DNA from: Octopus sinensis
Taxonomy: Eukaryota
Length of the DNA: 64,000 nt
Assembly (NCBI RefSeq): GCF_006345805.1
Contig: NC_042999.1
Coordinates: 127,596,001 to 127,660,000, forward strand
Reading direction: 5' to 3'
The notes under the pieces are model-generated. The model searched no databases. It saw only the letters and a list, made by a program, of their open reading frames with translations, and was not told the DNA's origin. Below are positions 35,801 through 48,785 of the stretch, piece by piece. Position 1 is the stretch's first letter. Every line of letters begins with the position of its first letter. Made by a program: the position numbers and the translations under genes.

Positions 35801-36912
35801 CTGCCACAGCCTCCCTACTTAGGTGGTAGAATTCATCCATTGCTTGGTTTATCATCCTCACTTAGTGCCTGGATGAGTCCACTTTATTACAAATATTTGG
35901 ATCTGGTCTCTCGTTTGAAGATAACCTTTCTGCCACTAACTATTTCTACAAAGGGTTATATGCACTGACTAAGCAATAAAAAAAAAAAAATCCAGCAAAT
36001 AGTTGCACTTGATAGGTGATGATCTTACAAATTGAAAGTGAAAGCTGACAAGCTTATGTAAATATAGTTATTGCCTACTTGTGGCTGATAACTTGTTGAG
36101 TTTTTCTTGAAATTCTATTTAATTTATGATAAAAAGTATACTTTGAGTTAATCTAAAAGTATATATTTTGATAAGAACCTTAATTTTAAATTGTCAAGCG
36201 TTTTTGTTTTCTTTTGAGCTTAAACTAAGTCAATTATAATAAAAATATAGTGAATCTATCTAAAGGTATATTTTTAGATGAAAAAAATAAATTAAATAAA
36301 TTTGATTTTTTTATTTTTATTTTCCCTTTATGCTGAAAGCAAAGTAGTTGTTAAGACAACAGAATACAATATATTTGAAAAATTTGTTCTATTTGTAGAT
36401 CTTAAATCACATATTTTTCTCCTTTTGTATTCTGTCAATATAATCCACCCCTTCCACTTTCCTTATTCTTAAAACCTTTTCTGATTTGAAATGCCATTCA
36501 GTACAGAAAGAAAGAAGAGAAGCTTAAAAGATAGATAATTCAGATATGAATAGATAAATAGAAATCTGAACTCCTGTTTGTTACTTTAGTTTGCTTCTTT
36601 GCAGATGTATTGCTTTAACTCTAAATTCTACTGTAAACATGGTACATTGGAAAAGTTGGGAAAAGTGGAGATAGCATACTATGGTTAGGTGCAAAAAAAC
36701 CAATGCAAAAAAAAAAGACACTAATGAAGTATGAATTCATCACTGTTAATATAGTGCTATAACTTTCCAGTAGCTGTTCAACTGCACATTCCCTTTTTCT
36801 TACATAAACGTACAAATATTTTTCTATGAGGGCTCAGCTGTGGCTGTCTAATTATGGGATTATGAGTTTCACCACATCATATTACACTGTACATTGGGCA
36901 AAGTGTCTTCTA

Positions 36913-37127
36913 CCCTTTAGCATTTAAACCGACCACATCCAACCAAAATATTCCACCTGTTTTATGTTGAAACTGGCCGAATTTGGTTTCTGATAAAACC
37001 CTACAATATCATTCTAAAGAAAATTAAGTTTCCTCATCAAAATCTCATAGCTACAGGATGATGCATGATTAATTAAAAACAATGTGAATAAATAAGCATT
37101 ACTTTTTGACAGAATAATGTTAAAGGG
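36913..37127. mobile_element. TTAA-flanked MITE (piggyBac-like ends) inserted in a SINE family B copy
   Basis: CCCTTTAGCATT...AATGTTAAAGGG|TTAA; related copies at 48636-48785 and 52530-52749; SINE B sequence on both sides (GGGCAAAGTGTCTTCTA / GTGAAATTTGGTCATCAGAAACTG). Confidence 0.7.
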
Positions 37128-40100
37128 TTAAGTGAAATTTGGTCATCAGAAACTGTGTGGAAGTCCATGTGTATGTGTGTGTGTGTCAGCATTTGATATG
37201 TACTAAGCTCCATATTGGTTGCCTTACTGTAAAATCACTTGACCTTGCCTTTCAACCATTTCCAAAGTCAATTAAATAAGCACCAGATAAAATTCTGGGG
37301 TCAGTATAACAGAATAAAAATAAAAGCCTAAAAGGTGATGCTGCAGCATGACTGCAATCCATTGATTAAAACTAGTGAAAGAAGAAAAAATATGTCAGCA
37401 ACAGTACTACATCTCTGCAACAAATAAATTTATATTCATGCATTCCTCAAGCAGGTGTCTTATCACATGAAGGTAAACTTGGATAAGTCATTTGTTTGCC
37501 CTACTTTAGAAGGGCACACAATTCAATAGCTCCAGTAGGGTTTGATCTTCTGACCTTTGAATCTGATGTCTAGCTTGCTAATTAAATACAGTTACAATGT
37601 ATGTATGCAATCTGTACAACATCAGTTGGCAAAAGTCGTTCAGTTTCATTGTGTAACTTAACAGTAGTAGTCAGTAGTAGTAAGTTGGAAAAACCCAGTT
37701 GTTGCTATATTTACTATCATTTATCTTGATAGCTCTCTCTTTTTTGCTACTTGAATTGGTTTTAAGAGTGCTTGATGTTATTACTGAAGTGATATTTTTG
37801 CTGCTGGAGTATGGATGAGGTAGGTAACCTCTGTATGGTGTGTGGCCGTGAATGTTACTGGAGACAACATTCAAGATTCAAGTGTTCTGCTTAAGATAAT
37901 GACGATATTGTTGTATAGACGGTGAGTGCAGTACTGCTGCACGAGGTAAGCTTTCAATAAGCCAAGTTGGCAAGCCAGTTAAGATTCTTGGTTCAATCCA
38001 ATTTACTTTACTTTTGTTAATGTCCCTGAACTTTCAGATTTTTTTCCCCACTATAAACTTCTTATAAGTGTGAGTGCCTTTGTGTGTGTAAGCCAACAGT
38101 CATTATCACTATGTCATAAAGAAGGGAGATTGTAGCCCTGCTTGCATTGTAGTGATACAAAGATTACACAAGCTATGATGGAAAATTTTATTGAAACGAA
38201 TATTTCCACATGCTCTATTCTCAGATACTCTAATATTATAGTGTTGTTCAACAGTTTATTTGAAAGGCTTGGGGGTTTTGTTTGATTTTAAGTTAGGTTT
38301 AATTCTGTTTTACATGACCAGCCACAGTACATAAAATGAAATTTAAAAAAAAACCAATTTGTAACAAATTTAAATGGCTTTTTATTTAACATCGTTGCTT
38401 TATTACATTATTTTACTTCTGAAAATCTTAAAGTACAAAATGGATATTTAAAAAAAAAATATTTTCTCTACATCATTTGACTAACTTGGTATTTCAAATA
38501 TGTAACATGTATCGAGCTGTTTCACCTATACTGAGAGATAAGCCTGTCTCTTAGAGGCAATAAACAATGTACTACATTGATACCAGAGGTTATGATCTGT
38601 GTCTTTGATTAAATAAGATATTTCTTACATATCTTATCTTTAATGTGTCAGCTTTAATCCTGACCAACTCTTCCATTCTCAGACTTAAGGCATGCTATTA
38701 TATAGCCTTTCTTGAGCTCAATAGTATTTAAACACTAAAGGCAACATTTTATTTTTGAAGTGAATTAGATGATGATATTATTTTGACATTTTGTTTATTT
38801 TTAAAAATTTTACATTGCAATTGGTTGTCAACAGTACTGTTGGTTACAATGGGCAATTGTTGGCTAATTGTATTTCTGAGAGCAAAAGTGACTAAGGAGT
38901 ACTTGTAGCTAGGTGCAGAACAAACAGAACAAGACTTCATAGGTTTTAGTACTTTTAGCTTTTTCTTGCCAATATACATCAAGAGATATACACGCCTTAC
39001 ATCTACCAAATTCCACTTTCAAAACATTGTTTACAATATTTCAAATATATCCTTATTTGATTTGTTATTTACCTTTTGAACTTTTGTTTTTAATTTACAT
39101 TATATACAGTTAGATTTGAAGTATAAACTTCATTTTCTATTGGTGGAGCTTTGTTTTGGGAACTCAGTGTTTGGCCATCGTAATCTCCTCTATTGTATTT
39201 GTTGAATCAGTAGTGAAATATGTTGCCCAGGTTATTCCCTATAGAAATGGAAACTATTTAAAGCAACTAATTAGAAAGCATAAGTTTCTATTAGAGTACT
39301 ACTTGTTCTAATATGTGTTCAGGAAGCACAAGCTCAGTGATCAAGGTTCAGGAAATACTTACGTAGACACTGTCCAATCCATGCCAGCATGGAAGATGGA
39401 TGGTAAAAAGGTGATCATAACATCATGGTGGTCTTAAGAGACTGTTGAAGGAAAGTAATTCTGATTATGCTTTTCTCTACAATTTTTTTTCTTTCTGTCT
39501 TTCTGTTTATTCAAAATGGTGTTAATATTTTCTGTGTTGATATTTTCTGACAAGATTCTCCCTTAAATAGCCAGTGAGCTTTATTTTTATCATTCACCCC
39601 CCCCCCCTGTAAAGTAATAAATTTATGTAAATTCCTTAATATAGTATTCGTGCAATGAAAGATTAAAATATATTAAGTATAAAAGCCTTCAAATTATTTC
39701 AGTTGGTTGATTTAAAGAAAGTAATTAATGCAGATGTTCACCAACATTGTTAATGTCTTTAACTAGTATCTTCACTCCTGGAAACAGCAAATAACTTAGC
39801 TGAGAGTTAAAGTGAAGTTCATAGCATGATCTACTGGAACAAATGTGCCCACAATGATAGCTTGTTGAGTTGTTCTCATACCAATCTGTCTTGATTTGGT
39901 ATGTACTAAATACACTATTAACTAATAACAAGCTGTCCTACACTCACCTTGCCCACAAAACATCTACTTTTCCTTGTTAGCTAAAGCCGTTAGTATAACC
40001 TCTGTCAATAGTTATTTCTCTGTTTGTGATCTTTTCAGTATCGGCATTCTGTGTATCTTGAAACAGTTAATAGCTTGACCTTGGCACAAAGCAACTACTA

Positions 40101-41298
40101 TAGCACTATTACACACCACCTGCGCTGACTTGATCTATTCTCCACTACCAATACCAAATAGTTGAACGACAAATTAACCAATGCTGTATTATTACATAAG
40201 TTCTAATGACAACAGCAGTGTGAATCTCTTCTGGAGTTAGTGACAACACTTTATTATTTCTTCATGCAAGAAAGTAACCATTTGTTTTACTGTAATGATT
40301 ATTATATAATTCCAGATTGCTCCTTTATTATGATTCACTACCAACTGAAAGATCCAAGGATTTGCATATTATCTTCAGTTCATATATATATATTCTAAAG
40401 CATAAAGACACATATATACACATGCATATGTGTGTGTATGTATGTGTATATATATATATATATACATACTTACACACACAGTGTGTGTGTATTCTCTTTC
40501 TGGTAGCTTCATTTGTCTGGTTAGCTCCTAAATTAATATTGAGCTCTGATGTTTCATAGGGTCTTTGAATCTCCTAGTGCTGCATTCCTGGCACTTGTGT
40601 CTAGTTTATTGCTTCTCTCCAAATCTTCCTTCAAATGAATTTAAGTCTTGTAAGGTAAAAACAAGATTTTTTGTAAAAAAAAAAGAAAAAGATTTCCTGA
40701 TGAAATATCAAGAACACATAATTCAGAATTCATGCCAAGTTATTAATTTTTTAAGAATGTACATTTGGCCTGTTTTACTTCTAGCTAATTGCAATCAAAT
40801 CAAAATATATCAAGTCCCTAAAAGTTATACTCCTTTAGCTCCATTTTTCAGTTCTTAAATACAGTGTGAAGTCTGCAGTTTTCCATTGTTCTGGTACTGT
40901 TTTATAAGTTCACAATCGTTGATGAATATTTTTTTAAAGATCTTTTTTATTATTCGAAGCTCTCTATATATATGCTTCCAGATGATATTTTTATCTTTCC
41001 TTTCCCAGTAAAGGGTTGCTTGCTTCTAATTTTAGCTTCGAGGTTACAGATTTATTGATTATGTACCTTGAGATGCAGCCTCCCAGTTCCATTAAAAGTG
41101 ATTGATTTCTTAGAAACTCTCCATTTTGTTGTTTGTCTTGCTATGTAGGTTAACTAACTGCTAAGACCTAATAGCTTCTACTATGAAAATTATTACCTTG
41201 GATAACTTTCTATCTTTAGTTAGTACATGGAAATTCTTCAGGCCGTAAGAAATTAATTTCAGGTGCTCTCATCTTGCTGCTTGTATCATATGTATAAG

Positions 41299-41337
<39 letters not shown>

Positions 41338-42519
41338 TGTGTGTAGCTGCATAGGCATACCTATACATATGTGTGTAGTTGTGAATGCATACATATACGT
41401 GTGTGTATGTAGCTGTATATATGTATGTGTATATGTCTGTTTGAATGAATTTCTCTCTCTCTCTATCACTATCTATCTTCATATATATATGCATACACTC
41501 AACACATTATTTTAGTTCAGAACTTGTTGGAATACCATTTATTGGTGGCAGAATGACACAAGGAAGCATTCATGTAGAGTGCTATGTATACAGTGATTGT
41601 TAGGCCATCATGCTCTGGCTAGCAACGTGTATTAGTTAAAGTACCCATTAGTAAGTATTGATTATTGCTCTGCAACAGCTTTGCGAACTGATCTTACAGC
41701 AATAGCAGCAGCAAAAATGGTGAATGCAGCAGCAGTAGAAGAGAAAGGAAATAGCAAGGGGGGGGGAACAAAGAAAGAAAAAAATCAATGAATAGACTGA
41801 GTGCATTCTTTTCATTAAATTACATTTCACTTTAGGGTTTCCAACCAGTTAGGATCCTTCATTTCAAAATAATTCATATCCGCTTCTCCTCTCTTCTGTC
41901 TTCCTCCCAACCACCACCACCGCCATTAAATCTCTCTCTTTTCTCTCCTCTCTCTCTCCCTCTCTTTCCCTCATTCTGGGGATGTAGATATTAAACATAC
42001 TCATTAGTTTTTTGTTTCCTCCTTCTTCTGCCGTTGATGCGATTGTGTTCATTACAAATGTTACATCATTGCAGAAATAGATAATTGCGGTGAACACCAT
42101 AAAATGGGTGGGCGGTAATAAGCTAAGCTTTTGCTGAGCCAAAACTGTGGCCATGCTGTTGTTGTTTAACCCTGTGTCAGCTTTGATTGAGTAAACATGA
42201 TTAAAGGTACCTATCCCAGCTGGAACCAATTCTATCTTAAGAAATATCTAACACATTATCCAAATTATCTTTCCATCTTTTCAAGATACTGTAGTGAGAT
42301 TTGATATTTGGTTACTATTTCTAGCTGATCTAACAACCATGTAAAGGCATGCTCCTATTTCATTTTCACCGGCAATTTTGAGAAAGGCATGGACATGGCA
42401 AATCCAGTCTCTTCTTCATCTGATTTAGTTTGACTGGATACATGTAGTACTAATGTAACTATTTTTATATATCACTGTACTGCATTTACCACACATCGAT
42501 ATTGGTTAAGGAAAATAGG

Positions 42520-42885
42520 TGCAAGTGTGGATGCGTGGTAATAGTTGGTTTCCCAACTGCATGATTTTGGGTTCAGTCCCACTGTGGTATCTTGGACAAA
42601 TATTTTCTACTATAGCCTCGAGCCAACCAAAGCTTTGTAAATGGATTTGATAGGCAGAAACTGAATGAAGCCCGTCTTGTCTGTGTGTGTGTGTGTGTGT
42701 TTCTCACCTAGCACCAGTTGGTAACTGGTATTGATTTAAGTCCCCTTAACTTAGCAGTTTGGCCATAGAGACCAATTAAGTACCAGACTTTACAAAAATA
42801 AATACTGAGGTTGATAAATTAAAAAAACCCTTCGAAGCAGTATCCCAGTATGCCCACAGTCCAGTGACTGAAACAAGTAAAGGAT
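42520..42885 (+). mobile_element. SINE family B, full length, partly CpG-decayed
   Basis: ATAGGTGCAAGTGTGGATGCGTGG...GGTTCAGTCCCACTGTGG...CTATAGCCTCGAGCCAACCAAAGC...CAGTCCAGTGACTGAAACAAGTAAAG. Confidence 0.85.
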
Positions 42886-43814
42886 TATGTATTTTATTCA
42901 TTAATAACTCAGGGTTGTGTTTGTATCATTGCAGTACCATTAGTGCATTATATCATTGCATTAGAAAGAGAGGTGCTATTACAGCATTTGATGATTGCAG
43001 TACTAGATGACTATTGCTGCAGTGTTACGTGATTGTAGTACCAATGTAACCAATGTCGCGTGTGTGCATTGCATGTGCATCTATGTATATGTGTGTGTGT
43101 ATGTATATGTGTGTGTGTGTGTATATATATATATATAGTATATGTATGTCTGTGGATATATGTGTATCACTATGGTACTGATATAATTATTACAGAGTCT
43201 TGGCAGGTTTGTTAGAGCCTTGGACAGAATGCTTAGTAGTGTTTGTTCCAACATTCTGAGTTCAAATTCTGATGAGGTCAACTTTTCATCCTTTCAGGGT
43301 TACAAAAAAAAAAAAAATTTTTTTAAATGTCAGTTCAAAGTGGTTGACTGGATGCCTTGTAGTATCTGATCTGACTCTTTGCATTCTGAGTTCAAAATCC
43401 TACCATGGCCCACCTGGGTTGTAGACTTCACCAATTGCCTGATTTAAAACCACTACTTTGTACCTTGACTACCATTAGTGAATCCCACTCTATTGCAAGC
43501 ATTCAGGGCCCTGATTTCCAGTTTGAGGAAACCTTTCTTTTTACCAGCCTTGGAGACTCTGTAAAAGGTCATGGGTACCACTTTTCTCCTGACTAACACA
43601 CACATCATCACCATTTCTTAATATCCACTATTCCATTCTTGCATGGATTGGACAGAATGTTGAGGCAGATCTTCTACAACCAAATGTCCCTCCTGTTTCC
43701 AAGTAAAGTATTATATTTCCCCATAATCAGACATGTTTTCACAGAATATCCATAATGTAAGATACTGCTTGCATGACAGTAACATGAACATACACCTGCA
43801 CACACACACACACA

Positions 43815-43870
<56 letters not shown>

Positions 43871-43875
43871 TACAT

Positions 43876-44208
43876 ATAAGAAAAGAAATGGAGCAACGCA
43901 ATTAACAATTAGAAGTTGATCATTGGTATTAAATGGTTTAATAATAGTTGAAATATTTGAAATAACATTTACAGCTGTTTCAGTTTGTTATTTTTGAGGT
44001 GAATTTGCATTTATCACATTCCATGTAATAAACATTGTCAGAATGATTTGGTGATGTTTGTTACATGGAATGAAAGAAATGCAAATTTACCTAAAAAATA
44101 ACAAACTGAAACAGCTGTAAATGTTATTTTAATTTTATATAAAATATGACTATTTAATACCAATGATCAACTTCTAATTGTTAATTGTTGCTCCATTTCT
44201 TTTCTTAT
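43876..44208. mobile_element. 333-bp foldback element (near-palindrome, ~155-bp arms, ~18-nt loop)
   Basis: ATAAGAAAAGAAATGGAGCAACGCAATTAACAATTAGAAGTTGATCATTGGTATTAAAT pairs with ATTTAATACCAATGATCAACTTCTAATTGTTAATTGTTGCTCCATTTCTTTTCTTAT; pairing continues inward (AATAACATTTACAGCTGTTTCAGTTTGTTATTTTT). Confidence 0.9.
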
Positions 44209-44806
44209 CTGAAGATATTAAACCACAGTTTACCATTTAAATTACCAACTGCTGTTAACCTTATAGCAAGGACTATACATAGTTAGGTAATACAGCAGTA
44301 GTGCCTACGGATACATGGGCTCATTTCAGTTTCCAAAGACACTTGCCCAAGGTACCACACTCTGAGACTGAACCCAGAACCATGTGGCTGGGAAGTAAAC
44401 TTCTTAACACACAGCCACATCTTTGTAGTACTTATATATCTTATATACAATGTTAAATATAATTTAGATAAGTATTTTGACAGTGCTTGAACATAACAGT
44501 ACTAAGTGGGTAAACACTAAGCCAATTCACTCCTCCTGCTACCTGTAATTTTTCATTTATTTAAGAATTTTCTGGATTTCATTACATTTTATATAGTATT
44601 AATCTATCGATCAAATAATTCTGATGAGTTTTCAAATCCAGCTTTTAGTACATGAAACAATAACACGTGTCTATTGACCAGAATTTGTTTATTAATCCTT
44701 CCCAGCTTGAGTGTAATGAGAACTAATGAGGAAGACAGGCAACAGATATGTGTGCATGCACATGTGTATACGCACACACACTCACTCTCTTTCTCTCTTT
44801 CTCTCT

Positions 44807-44844
<38 letters not shown>

Positions 44845-45560
44845 ACATGTGAAAAACTGTAGGAGACTATGCTGATATTTTTTGCTTCATTTTCTATTTT
44901 CTTCTTTCACAATGTCACTTAAATAGGTATGATACATCATATCAGTGATATATTATTATTGTCTTCCTTATTTTATAATTTAAGTTATTCTTATTGATTT
45001 CTTGGTAAAAGAGTTATGAAGTCTTACTTTTCAAAATTAAGAGCCATCTGTTATTATCTCATCTAATCCATTTTTTCCCTTTGTCACTTTTAATCTGTTT
45101 GTTACCTAACTTTACTTGCTGTTAATATATGTTCATATATTCTCAAATATAGAAAAGTGTTTATATATTTTCCTGCTTTCTTCTTTTTCTCAACTTTTAT
45201 TTTTATTTACTCCTAAAGAACAATGGAACAAATACTTGTAAAATAAATGTGTGTGTGTGTGTGTGTAGAAGTATCACTAAATATTCCAAATATATTTAAA
45301 AGCCCTTGCCTAGATCACCATCATCATGATATCTGCTATAGATTGGCTGGATACCTTGATCTTAGTTATTATTTGGGATTACTGCTCTCCTTGGCTAGTT
45401 GGAGGACTATATCTCATTTATACATTTATTCCATTTTTGACATGCTTCTAAGGCTAGATGTCCTTCAAAAAATTATTGACCACCTTTTAGAATGTACATA
45501 AGGTCATAGTACAGCTCTATCTAAGTCAGATATGTGTGTCTAACAAATATATATATTGGG

Positions 45561-46316
45561 TAAGGCTAGAACAATGTGAAGTAAATGCAAGGCAAATCCC
45601 AAGAAAAAAAATATATATGAATTAATGTAGACTTACCTTGCATTCAATATTTCAGGGTTATGACCCCATTTTCAAGAAACTGACGAATGTTGCTGATGTG
45701 TGTATGTGGAGTAGACATCAACCAGCTAGCTTCCTGTAACTCTCTACTGCTGTCGATATTTGGGGGTTTTTTTTGGTGTATGAGGATGGCCTCAGAGATT
45801 CTCAGGTTGCCTCTGTCCCACTGTGTTGCCCTGATGTGCACTGTGAATTCCCGAGTCTGGCATTTCCGTAGATGTTTCTTCACAGAAGTGTCTGCCTGCA
45901 TGTGTTCCTTTATACGTATATGCAGTTTTCTTGTGCTTCTTCTGTAGGATGTGCCACGTTTGCCACAGATGATCTCGTATACAACATAGATCAGCTGGCA
46001 CAATTCAGGGTCATTGATGGGGCAGTTTGATAATGTGTACTCCTCAGAGTAATGAGAGGTGCTGTTCTTCGACAGAGCTTTTCTCAGGGAAGGGCTGGTG
46101 TGCACTATCATACAGAAGAGAGTTACAGGAAGCTAACCCTAACCCTAACCTTTCCATGTATGTCCACTCCCCACACACGCACATCGGCAACATTTGTCAG
46201 TTTCTTGAAAATAGGGTCATAACCCTGATATATTGAATGCAAGGTAAGTCTACATTAATTCATATATTTGTTTTTTGGGATTTGCCTTGCATTTACTTCG
46301 CATTCTTCTGGCGTTA
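45561..46316 (-). mobile_element. Penelope-like element remnant: GIY-YIG endonuclease C-terminus between inverted pseudo-LTRs
   Basis: ORF 45644-46111 encodes CQLIYVVYEIICGKRGTSY...TRKLHIRIKEH...HLRKC...LRISEAILIHQKKPPNI (GIY-YIG: VVY..C..C...Y, R..EH, EA..I...P..N). Arms 45561-45745 and 46117-46316 are inverted copies. Confidence 0.9.
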
Positions 46317-46404
46317 CAATCCTTTATACAATATATTCTACACAATGCTTCAGAGTAATTATTCCATGTGTATATATATGTGTGTGTATGTATATATATA
46401 TATA

Positions 46405-46590
46405 TAAAGTTAATCCAAGCATGAAAACACAAAGAGAAAACACAACGCGAGGACGTAGAACAAGTATAGTATTATTGGACTCGAAGGAAAGAAGGAGGGT
46501 TTGACGTTTCGAGCGGAACTCTTTGTCAGAAACATAGGAAAAGGAAAGCTCCAAAGAAGAGAAGAAGGAGGGGAAAAAAAAACGCCAACG
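46405..46590 (-). mobile_element. Penelope-type pseudo-LTR repeat with minimal hammerhead-like motif at 46499-46533
   Basis: Minus strand GTTT-CTGACAA-A-GAG-TTCCG-CTC-GAAAC-GTC-AAAC: stem I GTTT/AAAC, stem II GAG/CTC, palindromic ACGT stem III, GUC triplet; G8>A in the core. Homologous to 56060-56250. Confidence 0.7.
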
Positions 46591-48159
46591 GTACATACGC
46601 GGTCACATTTATATATATGATAATGTTTAAAAAAAATTTTGTACCCTCGCTGTGAAAATGTAAAAACAATTTAAATCCATATTTGGGTGTTTTCTCCATA
46701 CAAAAAAATAATGATAATTGTGTGTATGTATATATATACACAACAGGTTTTTTTTCAGTTTCCGTCTACCAAATTCACTCACAAGGCTTTGATCGGCCTG
46801 AGGCTTATAGCAGAAGACACTGCCCTATGTGCCATGCTGTGGTACTGAAAATGGACCCATGTGGTTAGGAAGCAACTGCATGTGTGTATTTATATATGCA
46901 GGTGCTACAAATGTAGACAGTAATAAAGGAATAAAATGAATTACAAAGATGAACCATGTGAAGGGACAGGGTGAATGAGAGGGGTTTTCATTCTATAGCT
47001 ATATATCATTCATCTAATTTATGTCTCTTTTTCTTTGCTAGCATGGGTTAAATGAATGCTATCCATGCATTGTTTTACAGTCAGATGCCCTTCTTGTCAC
47101 TAGCCCTTGCCTGTTTTTCAAGTGAGGGATCTCTTATTCCTTACAGCTTCAAAGGTACAAAACAAGCAGACAGTTTGCTGGACATCATCACTTGTAGGTT
47201 GCAACCTTCTTAGAAGCAAGTGCAAATGTGAATACATACACATATTAGTGTGTGTGTGTTTGTGCGAGTTTCTGTCTGCCAAATCTACACGTCAGGTTAG
47301 GGATGATAGAAGACATGTGCACAAAGTGCCACACAGCGGGATTGAACCTAAAGCAAACTTCTCTATCTCACACACATGGCTTGCCTCTATCTGTCTGTGT
47401 GTATATGTGTGTAATCTTTGGTTTGATTGGAATGTAGCAAAGGCATTATTATGTAATAGTATAGATAAATTTTTATTTTATTTTCTCAAATGTCTGCACT
47501 TCTAAACTGAAATTTCCTATCTCTTAAAAAAAAAAAATTGTTGAATTCACTTGAAAGATGTTATAAAGCTAAGATCTTGGCCAATTCATTGCAGCTTATA
47601 TTTTAAACTGTTATTCTTTCCCTTGTTTCCTACAACTCAACCAAACCAGTCTTAAGTACTATAGTTGCAGTAAAGCATCTGGCTAATTTCCAGATTTCTC
47701 TGACCTGAAACTTTTTTAGCATTATGCTCTCTCTTCAAAATATTTAGAATTCCCCCCAACCCTCCATCTTTTCCATCCTTCTGCATTTTTCAGTCAGTAC
47801 ACTTGAAATATGTGTGTATGTATGCTATATCAATTTGAACCTGGATAGTTATGATACTTATTTTTTGTAAATTGTACAAAGTTTTTTCCCCTTGTTCCTA
47901 CCTTACATAATGTTTTGTTTTTACACTTGCTTTTTAATTGTTTATTTGTTGCTATCTTTGGGTTTTTATTATAAAAAAATCATTTTTTTTCAACCCTCAT
48001 TAGAAAAATATAAAAAAAAACAGACAAATTACGTTAATTCTTCTAAAGCCAAAGTACAGTAGAGCTAAGGTTGTGTGTGTGTGTGTGCACGCGCACACTC
48101 ATACACATAAACATGCACACACACACATATATTTTTGTGTCTATTTATATAGTTTTGTT

Positions 48160-48191
<32 letters not shown>

Positions 48192-48635
48192 GTTTCCTTT
48201 CTATATTATTATTCTTTGGTTGATCATGACTCGTGCGGCCTTCGTAAATGAAGGAATTACCTCTGCTGTCAGAAGCACTCAACTATTCATTATGTGCCAA
48301 TGTTCTATTCCCCTTTCTACTAGCTATTCATTAGCTTTCTTTACAATCAGCATTTAATTAAACTTTATTTTTATTTATTTATTTAATCCTCCCTCACTAC
48401 CTTCCTAAAATTGCTTAATTATTTACCTGAGATGAAAGAAAAACTAAATCATCATCATAATCATCATATTGGCATTTATTTCTCCTTTGCTGGCATAGTC
48501 TTCTTTTTATTGTCCACAGTGCTGTGTTTCTTCATATATCTTACTGCTTTGTGATTTCATCTGTTAGAGAGCAAAAATTCTTAGGCCTGTTTTACCTGCT
48601 TGTTTCCCTCCACATTTCCTGAATTATCAACTTGA

Positions 48636-48785
48636 CCCTTTAGCATTCAAACCAACCAGATATGGCCTCTCACACCTACCCTATAATGTCATTTAAACAT
48701 AAACAGCTGCATCATCAAAATTATGAGATAATGCTATGTGAATAAGTAAGCATTACATTTGACAAAGTAATCTAAATATTAAAGG
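48636..48785. mobile_element. Internally deleted copy of the TTAA-type MITE
   Basis: TTGA|CCCTTTAGCATTCAAACC...ATGTGAATAAGTAAGCATTACATTTGAC...ATATTAAAGG. Confidence 0.6.
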
